IMG/VR virus record: IMGVR_UViG_2974665086_000001 | Location: 54,700 to 118,699 of that record | Source: a virus | Lineage: Duplodnaviria > Heunggongvirae > Uroviricota > Caudoviricetes | Length of the DNA: 64,000 nt | Strand: one strand, 5' to 3' | Part shown: positions 1 through 9,745 of the stretch, in pieces | Position numbering within the stretch: the first letter of the stretch is position 1 | Layout: each line of letters opens with the position of its first letter | Notes under the pieces: model-generated | Database searches by the model: none | What the model saw: the letters and a program-made list of their open reading frames with translations, nothing else | What the model was told of the DNA's origin: nothing | Translations under genes and position numbers: made by a program

Positions 1-1
1 T

Positions 2-496
2 TACAACCCTAACAAGGCTAGATTCAGTCTCGTTAACATTACAAACAAAAACGTAATTGCTCACGGTGAAGATAAACTACCAGGTGGTGATGAATCAGTT
101 AACCACTCAATCGCGGTTTATGGTTATGTTCTGACAGAAGAAGACGAACAGACTATTACGCGAGAGAACCGAGATTCTATCAAGGATCGCGGGGAGGTGA
201 AGCTAGACCTGCAAGCCGATTGGATTAACACCAAGGAACAAGCAGATCAGCTAGCTAAGTGGGTAGTAAAGAACTTTGCAGAACCCAAGGACGTAGTAAC
301 AGTAGAAGTCTTTGGCGATGCTTCGTTCTCCATTGGAGATAAGCTTAACGTATTATATGAGAAGGCAGGGATTAACCCAGATTGGCTTTACATTGTTACT
401 AGATGTTCGTATAGCTACTCTGTTGATGGTTTGAAGACAGAACTTGAAATCAGAAGAGTACGCAACAATTACGTGCCTAGCGATGATGAAATGTAA
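2..496 (+). CDS. structural (tail-associated?) protein, 5' end truncated by the window edge
   Basis: Frame is open from nt 2 into listed ORF 197..496; sits directly upstream of the tail-fibre genes. Confidence 0.4.
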   Translation, partial: YNPNKARFSLVNITNKNVIAHGEDKLPGGDESVNHSIAVYGYVLTEEDEQTITRENRDSIKDRGEVKLDLQADWINTKEQADQLAKWVVKNFAEPKDVVTVEVFGDASFSIGDKLNVLYEKAGINPDWLYIVTRCSYSYSVDGLKTELEIRRVRNNYVPSDDEM

Positions 497-513
497 TATG
501 GTATGATTATTGG

Positions 514-849
514 ATGGGTAAAGAAAACAGTAAGTATTTCTTCCGACAGGATGAAATTGATACAGAAGTTGGATTAGTTGAAAATGTTCCACCTGATCTA
601 GAATGGGCAGTTAAGGCCAAAAAGGTAGTTGTACCTACTCTTAACACTGTTTATAGATTGGACGGCAGCGAGCCTAATTATGGGGATCAAGTTTTTGTTC
701 CTCAAGAGCCGAAGCCAGAGGTTCCGCGTGTACTTGGTATTAAAAGACAGCAAGTATATCAAGACCCACAGGGGACAAGTCTTGTCTCAGTTACATTCGA
801 TGTGTCGAACATCGATAACGTCGAATATGAGATAAGGATTACTCAATGA
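514..849 (+). CDS. hypothetical protein (tail region)
   Basis: 111-aa ORF, end overlaps start of next gene (ATGA). Confidence 0.4.
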   Translation: MGKENSKYFFRQDEIDTEVGLVENVPPDLEWAVKAKKVVVPTLNTVYRLDGSEPNYGDQVFVPQEPKPEVPRVLGIKRQQVYQDPQGTSLVSVTFDVSNIDNVEYEIRITQ

Positions 850-1649
850 TAACAACTAATGGTCAGAATCAATTACTGAATATTGTCGCGGGAAAATCCT
901 ACAAGTTTGCGGACTTGTTCGTGGTTGGTGCTAGTTCGGCAGTTTTGCCGGTATCAGCAACAGCCCTGGATTTTCCCTGGGCAACTACACCAGTCTTAGA
1001 CGCATTCGTAGATACACAGAATCAACAGGTTTTGTATCACGGAACCCTGCCAGCGAATATCGCCGGGGACATAAACGAGATTGGTCTAATTAGTCTTAAC
1101 TCAGAGTTCATCAGTACAGGATTACCAACAAGCCTTGTCTACTCATTCGAGTCAGGCGAGCAATGGTTCAGTGATGGTGAGTTCGAAGTAACCAATGAGT
1201 CAAGTATCGGAGCTAACAGCTACGTACTGAACAATGTGGTTGCAGATCAGTATCTAGCAAAGCTAGTGAGCGCAGTGAATATCAGTCGATACGATACAGT
1301 TAAGTTACGTATCAAGAGCACAGCAGTTACTCAGATCAAGCTTGTTATGAAGACTGATGAAGCAAATTACGCATGGAAAAATATTAATCTAACTAATGGT
1401 GCAAACGATATCAAGACTACAATGGATACGTTTACCAAGGTTGGCACTTTCGATGCGAAGAACATTCAGGAGATAAGAATCGTTATCAATACAGTTTCAA
1501 ACGCAACAAATTCAATTGACTTTGATGCCCTTACGTTAAGCAGTGATCTTAACGGAGGGTTAGTTGCACGTACCGTTTTGAGCGTTGCGAAGTTTAAGCG
1601 TCTCGGCGCTAGTATGGAAATAGAATTCGCGGTGGCGCTAAATGGCTGA
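846..1649 (+). CDS. hypothetical tail/fibre-associated protein
   Basis: 267-aa ORF, overlaps next gene by 8 nt, same strand as fibre gene. Confidence 0.45.
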   Translation: MITTNGQNQLLNIVAGKSYKFADLFVVGASSAVLPVSATALDFPWATTPVLDAFVDTQNQQVLYHGTLPANIAGDINEIGLISLNSEFISTGLPTSLVYSFESGEQWFSDGEFEVTNESSIGANSYVLNNVVADQYLAKLVSAVNISRYDTVKLRIKSTAVTQIKLVMKTDEANYAWKNINLTNGANDIKTTMDTFTKVGTFDAKNIQEIRIVINTVSNATNSIDFDALTLSSDLNGGLVARTVLSVAKFKRLGASMEIEFAVALNG

Positions 1650-4600
1650 GATTCAACTACAAGGATTGCAGCCAGGACAGCAGTGCTTCGTTCAGGTTAG
1701 AACAAAGGCCAAGGGCGATCCTAACAAGGTTTCCGAATGGAGTAGCGTATTCCGTTTCAATGTAACAAATGACTTGATTGCACCTAAGCCAGTAACAAAC
1801 TTGACACTGGTGTCAGAGGGCAGCGCGTTTATTGCTAAATGGAATGCACCAACTCAGAACGCGAACGGAACAAACTGTACTGACCTAGACGGTTACTACT
1901 TGGTGTTCAAGAACACAGATAACTTAAGCGAGGTTACCCGAGAGGTATACTCGTCTGCACGCAGCTTTACACTGGACTTTGAAACTAACAAAGAAATGTT
2001 CGGTACAGCGCGAGGTAACCTGACAGTAGAAGTAAAAGCAGTTGACCGAGTAGGTAACAGAAGTACAGCAACAACAGCTTCGGCAAGCAACCCACGACCA
2101 GCAGACGTAACAGGCTTGGTTGTAACTGCGGCTATCGAGGCAGTTGCTATGAGCTGGGACAAGAACACAACTGATATTGACTTGGTTGGTTATGAAGTTC
2201 ACTCGTCTACTTTGAGCGCTGGGTTTACTCCCGGTCCTTCAACTTTGCGTTGGTCTGGTACAGGCACAGGTTATACTCTGCCTACAAGTAACCCAGTTCC
2301 GCATCACGTTAAGGTTTTCGCGGTTGATATCTTCGGTCTGACTTCTCAGAACGCAGCGTACGGCGTAGCGACACCTAGAACAACTACAAGCACAGACGGC
2401 ACACCGCCAGGGGCACCGACAGCAGTTACAATTACTAGCGCAGCAGACGGTAAGAATGCAGCGATCAAATTGGGCTGGACTCCTCCGATTGATGCTGACT
2501 TAGATCACTACGATATTCGTTATTCACTTGACAACGTAGACTGGTCTTACTTAACTGTGCCAGCAGGAACTAATGAAGCACGCTTGCCTAGCTTGCTTGC
2601 CAATACACCTTATTATGTTGGAATCCGAGCAGTAGACTTTTCTGCGAACAGATCGGGGTGGACAAATGCTCCAACCTACCCATTTACGACTGTTCCTGAT
2701 ACAACTCCTATTCCTACACCAGCCGCTCCGGTTGCTATGTCAGGTGTATCTAAGGTTCTCGTTGCTCACACGCTAGAGGATTCAACTGGTACGTTTATGA
2801 CAGGTCTGGATCGTCTTGAAATTCACATGCAGAATGATGACAGTACGCCAGCACCAGGTCCGTTCTCACGTCTAGCTGAAATCACAGTAGTAGGCGCGAC
2901 GTTTGGTGTTTCTACTTTGGTCAGTCTTGTAACAGAGCCAGATACAGATTATTACTGGTACGTTGTTGCAGTCGGTGAAAACGGTATGAGGTCCGCAGCT
3001 TCGGCAATAACTCTGGCTACACCAGGGTTGATTGAGGGTGCTTATATTGCTGACGCTACTATTGACGATGCTAAGATCAATAACCTAAGCGCGAACAAGC
3101 TACAGGCAAACACAGCTTTCATCAACGATTTGTTTATTCGCAGCAAGCTAACTATTGACGACGTAACTGGTCAGATTGTGTCTAGCGATTACAATGCTGG
3201 AACGGTAACAGGTTGGAAGATTGACAAGAGCGGTATTATCGTGAATGACGGTAGTATCAAGGCTAAGGCTCTCGAGATTCAGTCAAGTCCTAATATCTGT
3301 CCTCCACAGTATTCAGGCTTCGAGTTCAATAAGCAGATGTACTCTGACAGTTCGGATAATGCAAATACGACGTACATAACAACCAGCAGCGCTTTAATGA
3401 AGCTGACTATGGGGCTGGATACTAAGTACGGCAATCAGGCTTTGCTTGTGACTGACTCAGGTACAGCAGCGAACAGCACTCTAGACCTTGCGCCTTCGGG
3501 CGGGTGGACTGTAGATGTTGACGCATTACAGACTTACATTATCAGTGCCTACATTAAGAATACTAGCGCTACAAGTCGTACTAATCGTTTGCAGGTAACT
3601 ACAAACGGTGGTCAGACTTTCCAGGCGACTGTAACAGGCACAAGCGGTAATGGTTATCAGCGTGTGTCAGTGGTTGCAGCTCTGAATAATACTTCGACTA
3701 AGCTAAAGGTTTCTATCGTCAAGGTAGATGCAGCAGCAACAGAATACTTGCTAGATGGTGTTCAGATTGAACGTAAGATTGGTGCATTAAACACACCAAG
3801 TAACTACAACCCTCCCGGTTTGACAAGTCTTAACGGTGAAGGTATTGTAACCGGATCAATCAGAAGCTCTGCGCCTGCAATTGGTATCCCAGGACAGCCA
3901 GCTTGGTCTCTGAACACTCAGGGAAACATGCAGGTGGGCGATGCTCTAGTTCGAGGTAACCTTGTCGTAGGTGCTGGTGCAGACACTACAAACAGTATGG
4001 TAAAGTCATCCAATTACAATGTTGGTTCAGCAGGTTGGATGATCAACGGTGCTGGTGACGTAGAGTTTAATTCAGGTATCTTCCGAGGTACTTTGGGTGC
4101 AGGCACAGTTACTACTAACAGCTTGGCAGCAGGTTTGGTTCTATCCGATAGAATCGTGGCCGGTGTAGCCAATGGTGCTCGTGTAGAAATGATGGGCGGT
4201 ACTGGTGCTAATGCCGGTCTCGTTGCTTACAGTGCTGCAACTACTAAGAGTATGCAGATTAATACTAGTGGTGTGTTTACTTCGTATAACACCGCTGGAC
4301 AAAGAACAATCGAAATGGATGCCGCTGGTAACTTTAGAACATACAACCCAGCGAGTCAGACTGCCGTGTTCACACTGTCCAACACTGGTTCTATTGCCAT
4401 TGCCAACAGTGGTGGTGATACCTTTACTGCTTCGGCAGCAGGTGACATTGTTGTTCGTGGTACTATTAAGACTGCTAACTCAGGTGCTCGTATTGAGATT
4501 CAGCCTGCCGTTGGTATTACTTTTTACGCAGCAACAACAAGCACTAGTCCTCGAAACTATACTAGATGGATTCACTCAACCTTTACCGACTTAGACAGCG

Positions 4601-5568
4601 TGTCAAAGGCTGGATTCACAATTAACTCACCTAGTATTCAGGCTTTGAGATTCTACAATGGCGACACTCGTCAGTTCTATAGTAGAATGACAATGGCTTC
4701 GAGTTCTACTGAAATGTGGGCTTTCCGCGTTTTGGAAGAATCGAACAACCGAGAACATTCTCGTATGATGATTCGTGCGAAGGATATCGAAATTGTCGGC
4801 GGTCCTACAACTAACGCTGAGTCAACTGACGCTGCATACGTACAAAACAACTGGGCACCTATGCTTTATATGCCTTGGGGTGGGCACGCAGGTGGCGGTA
4901 CACCAGGTAGACCGATTATTATGCTTTCTCACTTGAGAAACGATCCTGCCAGTGCGCCTTTGCACCGTTCAGGTTTTCAGGCATCGGTTGATCCTAATAT
5001 TACTGCTGTCATCTACTCAAACAACGGTTTGATTTTGCGTGACTTTACAAATAGTTATTACACAACATTCACCGCTGGTGATATCAATGGTGGTATTATT
5101 AAGTACAACCAGCTAGTGCAGAACACTTCTGGTGTGCAATTTAAGGAAAACTTTGAGAAGCTTCCAGAAATGGGATTGGACGTATTGAGAAATGCGCCTA
5201 TCTCTCGCTGGAACTACAAGGATAAGCCAGATGAAGCACGTATCGGTCCAATTGCGACCGACTTGCCAGACTGGTTAACTGTTGCTTCTACTCAGTTGCA
5301 TGAGGAAGAGGAAGACGCCGGGGACTACACAAAGACCAAGGTGCTAGCAACAAAGCAAGCAAACTCTAGTTATGAACTTACCTCCATTATCGGTGTAATG
5401 TGGCAAGCAATTAGAGAGCTAGACGAAGAGTTGGATGCTTACCGAACAGAACTCGGTCGTGAGCTACCTAAGAGACGACACACTCATAAGGCAGCAAAGG
5501 CTAAGGAGACTTGGGTTGAGAATATCGCAGAGCAGACAAACAAAATAGACACCGAAGAAAGTAAATGA
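1642..5568 (+). CDS. tail fibre/spike protein with FN3-like repeats and C-terminal intramolecular chaperone (peptidase S74-like)
   Basis: 1308 aa; repeated PxxPxxxT/FN3-like segments, Gly/Thr-rich beta-rich middle, C-terminal ...QFKENFEKLPEMGLDVLRNAPISRWNYKD... resembling autoproteolytic chaperone domain of tailspikes. Confidence 0.75.
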   Translation: MAEIQLQGLQPGQQCFVQVRTKAKGDPNKVSEWSSVFRFNVTNDLIAPKPVTNLTLVSEGSAFIAKWNAPTQNANGTNCTDLDGYYLVFKNTDNLSEVTREVYSSARSFTLDFETNKEMFGTARGNLTVEVKAVDRVGNRSTATTASASNPRPADVTGLVVTAAIEAVAMSWDKNTTDIDLVGYEVHSSTLSAGFTPGPSTLRWSGTGTGYTLPTSNPVPHHVKVFAVDIFGLTSQNAAYGVATPRTTTSTDGTPPGAPTAVTITSAADGKNAAIKLGWTPPIDADLDHYDIRYSLDNVDWSYLTVPAGTNEARLPSLLANTPYYVGIRAVDFSANRSGWTNAPTYPFTTVPDTTPIPTPAAPVAMSGVSKVLVAHTLEDSTGTFMTGLDRLEIHMQNDDSTPAPGPFSRLAEITVVGATFGVSTLVSLVTEPDTDYYWYVVAVGENGMRSAASAITLATPGLIEGAYIADATIDDAKINNLSANKLQANTAFINDLFIRSKLTIDDVTGQIVSSDYNAGTVTGWKIDKSGIIVNDGSIKAKALEIQSSPNICPPQYSGFEFNKQMYSDSSDNANTTYITTSSALMKLTMGLDTKYGNQALLVTDSGTAANSTLDLAPSGGWTVDVDALQTYIISAYIKNTSATSRTNRLQVTTNGGQTFQATVTGTSGNGYQRVSVVAALNNTSTKLKVSIVKVDAAATEYLLDGVQIERKIGALNTPSNYNPPGLTSLNGEGIVTGSIRSSAPAIGIPGQPAWSLNTQGNMQVGDALVRGNLVVGAGADTTNSMVKSSNYNVGSAGWMINGAGDVEFNSGIFRGTLGAGTVTTNSLAAGLVLSDRIVAGVANGARVEMMGGTGANAGLVAYSAATTKSMQINTSGVFTSYNTAGQRTIEMDAAGNFRTYNPASQTAVFTLSNTGSIAIANSGGDTFTASAAGDIVVRGTIKTANSGARIEIQPAVGITFYAATTSTSPRNYTRWIHSTFTDLDSVSKAGFTINSPSIQALRFYNGDTRQFYSRMTMASSSTEMWAFRVLEESNNREHSRMMIRAKDIEIVGGPTTNAESTDAAYVQNNWAPMLYMPWGGHAGGGTPGRPIIMLSHLRNDPASAPLHRSGFQASVDPNITAVIYSNNGLILRDFTNSYYTTFTAGDINGGIIKYNQLVQNTSGVQFKENFEKLPEMGLDVLRNAPISRWNYKDKPDEARIGPIATDLPDWLTVASTQLHEEEEDAGDYTKTKVLATKQANSSYELTSIIGVMWQAIRELDEELDAYRTELGRELPKRRHTHKAAKAKETWVENIAEQTNKIDTEESK

Positions 5569-5580
5569 TAGGATAAGTAT

Positions 5581-5748
5581 ATGGAAATTGACGCACAGAA
5601 AGTAATAGATAGACTCCGCAATAAGCTGTCCGAGAAGGACTGGGAGATTGTCTTACTAGAAACACAGATCGTAGACTTGCATGAAAAGTTAAATAAGCTC
5701 GAACCCAAGGACGGGCCGCAAGAGGGTGCAGAAATTGAAGTATCCTAA
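5581..5748 (+). CDS. small coiled-coil protein (not in ORF track, <60 aa)
   Basis: ATG 5581 preceded by AGGATAAGTAT; 55 codons to TAA at 5746. Confidence 0.25.
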   Translation: MEIDAQKVIDRLRNKLSEKDWEIVLLETQIVDLHEKLNKLEPKDGPQEGAEIEVS

Positions 5749-6088
5749 CGGCATCCTTGTAGAAAAGGGCGGTTGGGTGTATCGCGTTGCCAATGATACA
5801 CTGATCCCGCTCAGCAGTTGGCGTGCAGTCGAGTCCTGGCAGCAGCCTATTTTGGTGGGGGAAGAAGACTTGCTAGACGGTTATACTGTCTCTAGTGCCA
5901 AGCTTGGCTTTCGACCTGCATCAGTGGTAGAGTCCTTTACCACAGGTAAGAAATATTTTATCGAAGGAACGGTCAAGAGACTTATCTCGAATCCGGACTT
6001 TTGGGAACTTGGTTTCAACGAATGGGAAAACTTGATTTGCTCAGACGACGAAATTAATTTCCACGCAGACGGTGAACCACTTGTCTAG
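5726..6088 (+). CDS. hypothetical protein
   Basis: 120-aa ORF. Confidence 0.4.
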   Translation: MQKLKYPNGILVEKGGWVYRVANDTLIPLSSWRAVESWQQPILVGEEDLLDGYTVSSAKLGFRPASVVESFTTGKKYFIEGTVKRLISNPDFWELGFNEWENLICSDDEINFHADGEPLV

Positions 6089-6518
6089 TGCAAACTTTAA
6101 ACGAATTACCTTTGGCACTGGACCGCTTAGCGCAGAAAAGCTAAACGCCCTACAAGGCAACACTGAATATCTGTTTGATCGAATGCTACGTGGATACGTT
6201 GCAACAGACGGTTTGAACCGAGACACTAATATCCGAATTCAGGGTTTTATCTGTCAGGCAACAACCAGTTTGAATAATGTGTCTCGTTATAGTAACGTCT
6301 ACTGGCCTAAGCCTTTCGCTGCGGGTTGTAGACCGATTATGACCTATGGACATTTCTTCACAGAAGCGTTGATTCATAGCGTAGGGTTCAGACACATTGC
6401 TGGTGGAGTTTTCCCCGACAATGCTGGATTTAGAATTGAAGTGTTCGCACCTACTACAGAGTATGGTGACGAATGGCGCGGTACTCACTGGTACTCAGTT
6501 ATGGGTCTCGGTTGGTAA
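6072..6518 (+). CDS. hypothetical protein
   Basis: 148-aa ORF. Confidence 0.4.
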   Translation: MNHLSSANFKRITFGTGPLSAEKLNALQGNTEYLFDRMLRGYVATDGLNRDTNIRIQGFICQATTSLNNVSRYSNVYWPKPFAAGCRPIMTYGHFFTEALIHSVGFRHIAGGVFPDNAGFRIEVFAPTTEYGDEWRGTHWYSVMGLGW

Positions 6519-6535
6519 TTATTGAAAGAACATAG

Positions 6536-7345
6536 ATGACTAATGATTTAAAATGGATGCTTTCTAGTGATCAGCATATTCCTTACCACGATCCACGCAG
6601 GTTGGATTTATGGTTCCAGGTTATGCGTTGGTATCGCCCAGATGTAGTAGACTACTTGGGCGATACCTCAGATCAGGACTGTTTCAGTAAGTACAGTATA
6701 GGAACTTCAAATGAGTTTCTTAACCAAGTTGCTAAGCCAGTCAGTGAAAGCATCAAACCTTTTATCTTTGAGCAAGAGCGACCCGTTGGCGAGTTCTATG
6801 CACAAACCAGAAAGATGCGTCCAAAGGCAGATATCTTTGTCGCTCTAGGCAACCACGATGTACGTATTTTCGATTACGTAGACCGAAAATTGCCGGAAGA
6901 CAGAGAAGCGATGACCCCGGAAGCATTATGGGGACTGGACAAACTAGGGATAGGTTATATCCATTATGGCGATATGCCTAAACACCGATATGGTGACATT
7001 CACGTTCATCACGGCGTAGCAGTATCTCAGTATGCAGGCGAGTCAGTTCGCAAGGATATTGAGAATTTTGGCGTCTCGATTATTCGTGGGCACAGTCACC
7101 GAGCAGGCAGTTTCTTCAAGACATATGAATTAAGAAACAATGGTCAGGGTGAGACTTTGCGAGGCTGGGAAATTGGTCACATGACTGATACCAAGTCCAC
7201 CGGAATGTCATACACCAACGTACGAAACTGGCAAGCTGGTTTCATGGTTGGCGTAATCGAAGACGGAGTGTGGCCTCACTTACAGTTTATTCAAATTTCA
7301 GATGACTACACCTGTTACGTGCATGGGAAAAAGTTTAGTGCATGA
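6536..7345 (+). CDS. calcineurin-like metallophosphoesterase
   Basis: Motifs DQHIPYHD, LGDTSD, GNHDV, GHSH typical of metallophosphatase fold. Confidence 0.65.
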   Translation: MTNDLKWMLSSDQHIPYHDPRRLDLWFQVMRWYRPDVVDYLGDTSDQDCFSKYSIGTSNEFLNQVAKPVSESIKPFIFEQERPVGEFYAQTRKMRPKADIFVALGNHDVRIFDYVDRKLPEDREAMTPEALWGLDKLGIGYIHYGDMPKHRYGDIHVHHGVAVSQYAGESVRKDIENFGVSIIRGHSHRAGSFFKTYELRNNGQGETLRGWEIGHMTDTKSTGMSYTNVRNWQAGFMVGVIEDGVWPHLQFIQISDDYTCYVHGKKFSA

Positions 7346-8169
7346 TTCGAGACGATTGCGAGATATACGTAATCGGCAAGGGCTTCGTCAAGCCAGATGA
7401 GTTGACTTGCGGAAATCAAGTCCACACGCTTGACGGACTTGCGCCGACTGTGACGGAAGTGCAGAATGTGACTTCTGACTGGGTTACGGGTAGAATCAAT
7501 TCTATCGACTCGGGTGCACACAACGTGGACTTGACAGATGACGCAAGATCGCTATACTACTCTGACCGTCATGGATTAAAGTTTATCAGTTGGGGTGAGA
7601 TTTATAAGCACACTGCTGACAAGCGTTACATGCCGACCAAGTATCAACCTGTGTTAAGCTATCCTGACTTGCAGACACCGCCAGTGCACAAGGATAGTGA
7701 GTTAGAACAAATAGCTAGAATGATAGCAGTACATGAGTACGACCGAGAATTATTTCGGTCTATCGCGGATAGTGCAACCAGTTTGGATGCTCTGATGCTT
7801 ATTGATATGCTCGAATTCTGGTGCAGCGTGACTCCTGGCAAGGGATGGTTTGAGAGGGTTTCCGTCAAGTCACGCTCACACTTAATCAAGGATCGCTACT
7901 TTCTGGACGAACTTTGTAGACTTGCCGTATTGGCGGGGTATACAGCGGCAGTAACCGACTATATACCTTACCAATGGATGCTAAAGGTAAGCTATGAATC
8001 TATGCCCATTCCAGGGAGTAGACCCAAGAACCAGAAATATTATAAGATATTTCATACTGGATTGATGTATAATATAGATGCAGGCAATAAGCCGATATTA
8101 GGCCGAAGCAAAGGTAGGTGTTTTTATTTGCCTACCGCATCTATATTGAATCAGAAAGGGATGAAATGA
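7342..8169 (+). CDS. hypothetical protein
   Basis: 275-aa ORF, ATGA overlap with upstream gene. Confidence 0.45.
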   Translation: MIRDDCEIYVIGKGFVKPDELTCGNQVHTLDGLAPTVTEVQNVTSDWVTGRINSIDSGAHNVDLTDDARSLYYSDRHGLKFISWGEIYKHTADKRYMPTKYQPVLSYPDLQTPPVHKDSELEQIARMIAVHEYDRELFRSIADSATSLDALMLIDMLEFWCSVTPGKGWFERVSVKSRSHLIKDRYFLDELCRLAVLAGYTAAVTDYIPYQWMLKVSYESMPIPGSRPKNQKYYKIFHTGLMYNIDAGNKPILGRSKGRCFYLPTASILNQKGMK

Positions 8170-8424
8170 GTGGCATTTACAGTTAAGGGTAAGAGCTATA
8201 ATGTAGCCAATATCAGAAAGTCTATTGTAGCCTTTCTAGGTACTTTGATTACGTTTATTGGTTCGTTTGCACTATTGGTAAACGATGTACTACCAGCAGA
8301 ATGGGTCGCTGGTGTCGGTATCGCAGGCGCGGTACTTACTGGCGTGGTAGCATTCCTGATTAAGAATGCAGCACTTATCGATGGTATCGATGGTGTTGAT
8401 CCCGAAGACACACCGTTGTTTTAG
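8170..8424 (+). CDS. small membrane protein (2 TM segments)
   Basis: Hydrophobic stretches IVAFLGTLITFIGSFALLV and VAGVGIAGAVLTGVVAFLI; followed by rho-independent terminator. Confidence 0.45.
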   Translation: MAFTVKGKSYNVANIRKSIVAFLGTLITFIGSFALLVNDVLPAEWVAGVGIAGAVLTGVVAFLIKNAALIDGIDGVDPEDTPLF

Positions 8425-8448
8425 TTAACGACTTAGTGTATACTCAGA

Positions 8449-8476
8449 AACGCATCCCTTCGGGGGTGCGTTTTTG
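8449..8476 (+). terminator. rho-independent terminator
   Basis: ACGCATCCC-TTCG-GGGGTGCGT hairpin followed by TTTTT. Confidence 0.7.
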
Positions 8477-8490
8477 CTTAGGGAGAAACA

Positions 8491-8970
8491 ATGAATAACA
8501 TAATTCCAAACTACTTTTTTATAGACAACAAGCTGCACATGAAAATTAAAGTTGTGCGATCCGATGATGCAGTGGTAGCATTCTGCTACGAAGATGAATC
8601 ACGTCCTTGGTTAAATAGAACGATGGTTCGTAAGTATTATAAAAAAGCATATACACTTTCTCAGGCAGCAAGGCTTATGAATGTGAAACGAGCTACGCTT
8701 GATGAACTGATTAAGAAAAAGCTAGTACCAATGCCGAAGAAAAGCTATGATCTTGCCAATTATCAACCCTTGCGTAGTTATATTAGCGAGCAAGATATGT
8801 TAGACTATAGGCAAGCGGCATGGGATCAATTACCCAAAAACCGATTCGGTGAGCCGTACAGAGATACAATGCTCAGCGAAGTTGAGTTAATACATGCAAT
8901 GTCTAAGAATGACGATAGAGATTTCGTTATCGAAGGTGATGATGTAATAAAGATATTTAAGAGTAGTTGA
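8491..8970 (+). CDS. HTH DNA-binding protein (MerR/excisionase-like)
   Basis: YTLSQAARLMNVKRATLDELIKKKLVP helix-turn-helix-like segment. Confidence 0.45.
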   Translation: MNNIIPNYFFIDNKLHMKIKVVRSDDAVVAFCYEDESRPWLNRTMVRKYYKKAYTLSQAARLMNVKRATLDELIKKKLVPMPKKSYDLANYQPLRSYISEQDMLDYRQAAWDQLPKNRFGEPYRDTMLSEVELIHAMSKNDDRDFVIEGDDVIKIFKSS

Positions 8971-8974
8971 GGCT

Positions 8975-9292
8975 ATGCAGTATAAGAAATTTGATACCAG
9001 GATTAAGAATCAAGACGATATCGAGATTACCGATATCCTGGTTCATGCTGTCCAGATTCTAGATCACGCAGCAAATATCGCAATAGAGAAGCAAGACACA
9101 CGTGATCTAATTAAAATCTACGACAACATGTTAGCAGCGAGCGATAGGTTAACGTCTATCGCATTGCATTTTGCAGAACAGGAGGACGAAAATGAGCGAA
9201 CTACAGAATCAGAGTCAAACGACTTCGGATTCAAATACACTGAATCAGCTACCAAGGGTTTCCCTGACAGTGAAGAAGACGGTGGAGCATAA
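8975..9292 (+). CDS. hypothetical acidic protein
   Basis: 105-aa ORF. Confidence 0.35.
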   Translation: MQYKKFDTRIKNQDDIEITDILVHAVQILDHAANIAIEKQDTRDLIKIYDNMLAASDRLTSIALHFAEQEDENERTTESESNDFGFKYTESATKGFPDSEEDGGA

Positions 9293-9434
9293 GAATGGCT
9301 GGCTAAGTCTCGAAGTTGGATTGTCGGAAGACGTACAGCCTAATGGTAAGAAGTCAGAAAAGCTAAACGAATTAGCTATGCAGGCGAACGCTTGGCTTAC
9401 GACACAATTTAAAGAAGCCGGGGTTCTAGATTGA
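9192..9434 (+). CDS. hypothetical protein (start chosen at internal Met to limit overlap)
   Basis: ORF 9171..9434 overlaps previous gene; MSELQ start at 9192. Confidence 0.3.
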   Translation: MSELQNQSQTTSDSNTLNQLPRVSLTVKKTVEHKNGWLSLEVGLSEDVQPNGKKSEKLNELAMQANAWLTTQFKEAGVLD

Positions 9435-9745
9435 GCGTCAGTATGAAGCAAGTCAAAGTGGTAATGGATTACTTTCAAGAGATTCAACGAGAGTATAACT
9501 ACCGTGAGACTGGTAACTTGCTTATGTTGCAGTGGGATTTTCGCATGATTTGCGAACAGATTCCCAACGGTGAAGAGCTGAGATTGCTTATTCAATACTT
9601 CTGCTATTTGTCTGATGACAAGTCGATGGAATGCTTCAAATACGAATATGCGGATATGCGCGAAAGTATGCACCAGAAGATTCGTGAAATGAATGAGCTT
9701 GAGGCTTTGCAGAAAGAAACCGTGAAAGGTATGAAAAAGGTTTGA
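9431..9745 (+). CDS. hypothetical protein
   Basis: 104-aa ORF, ATGA overlap couplings on both sides. Confidence 0.4.
   Translation: MSVSMKQVKVVMDYFQEIQREYNYRETGNLLMLQWDFRMICEQIPNGEELRLLIQYFCYLSDDKSMECFKYEYADMRESMHQKIREMNELEALQKETVKGMKKV

Noticed and set aside
4205-4594. Internal alternative-frame ORFs inside large genes (4205..4594; 1896..2202(-); 29909..30700(-) antisense to rsr; 58336..59241(-) antisense to DUF932; 50787..51350(-))
   Set aside because: Low-complexity or antisense frames nested fully within well-supported genes, with no independent signals.
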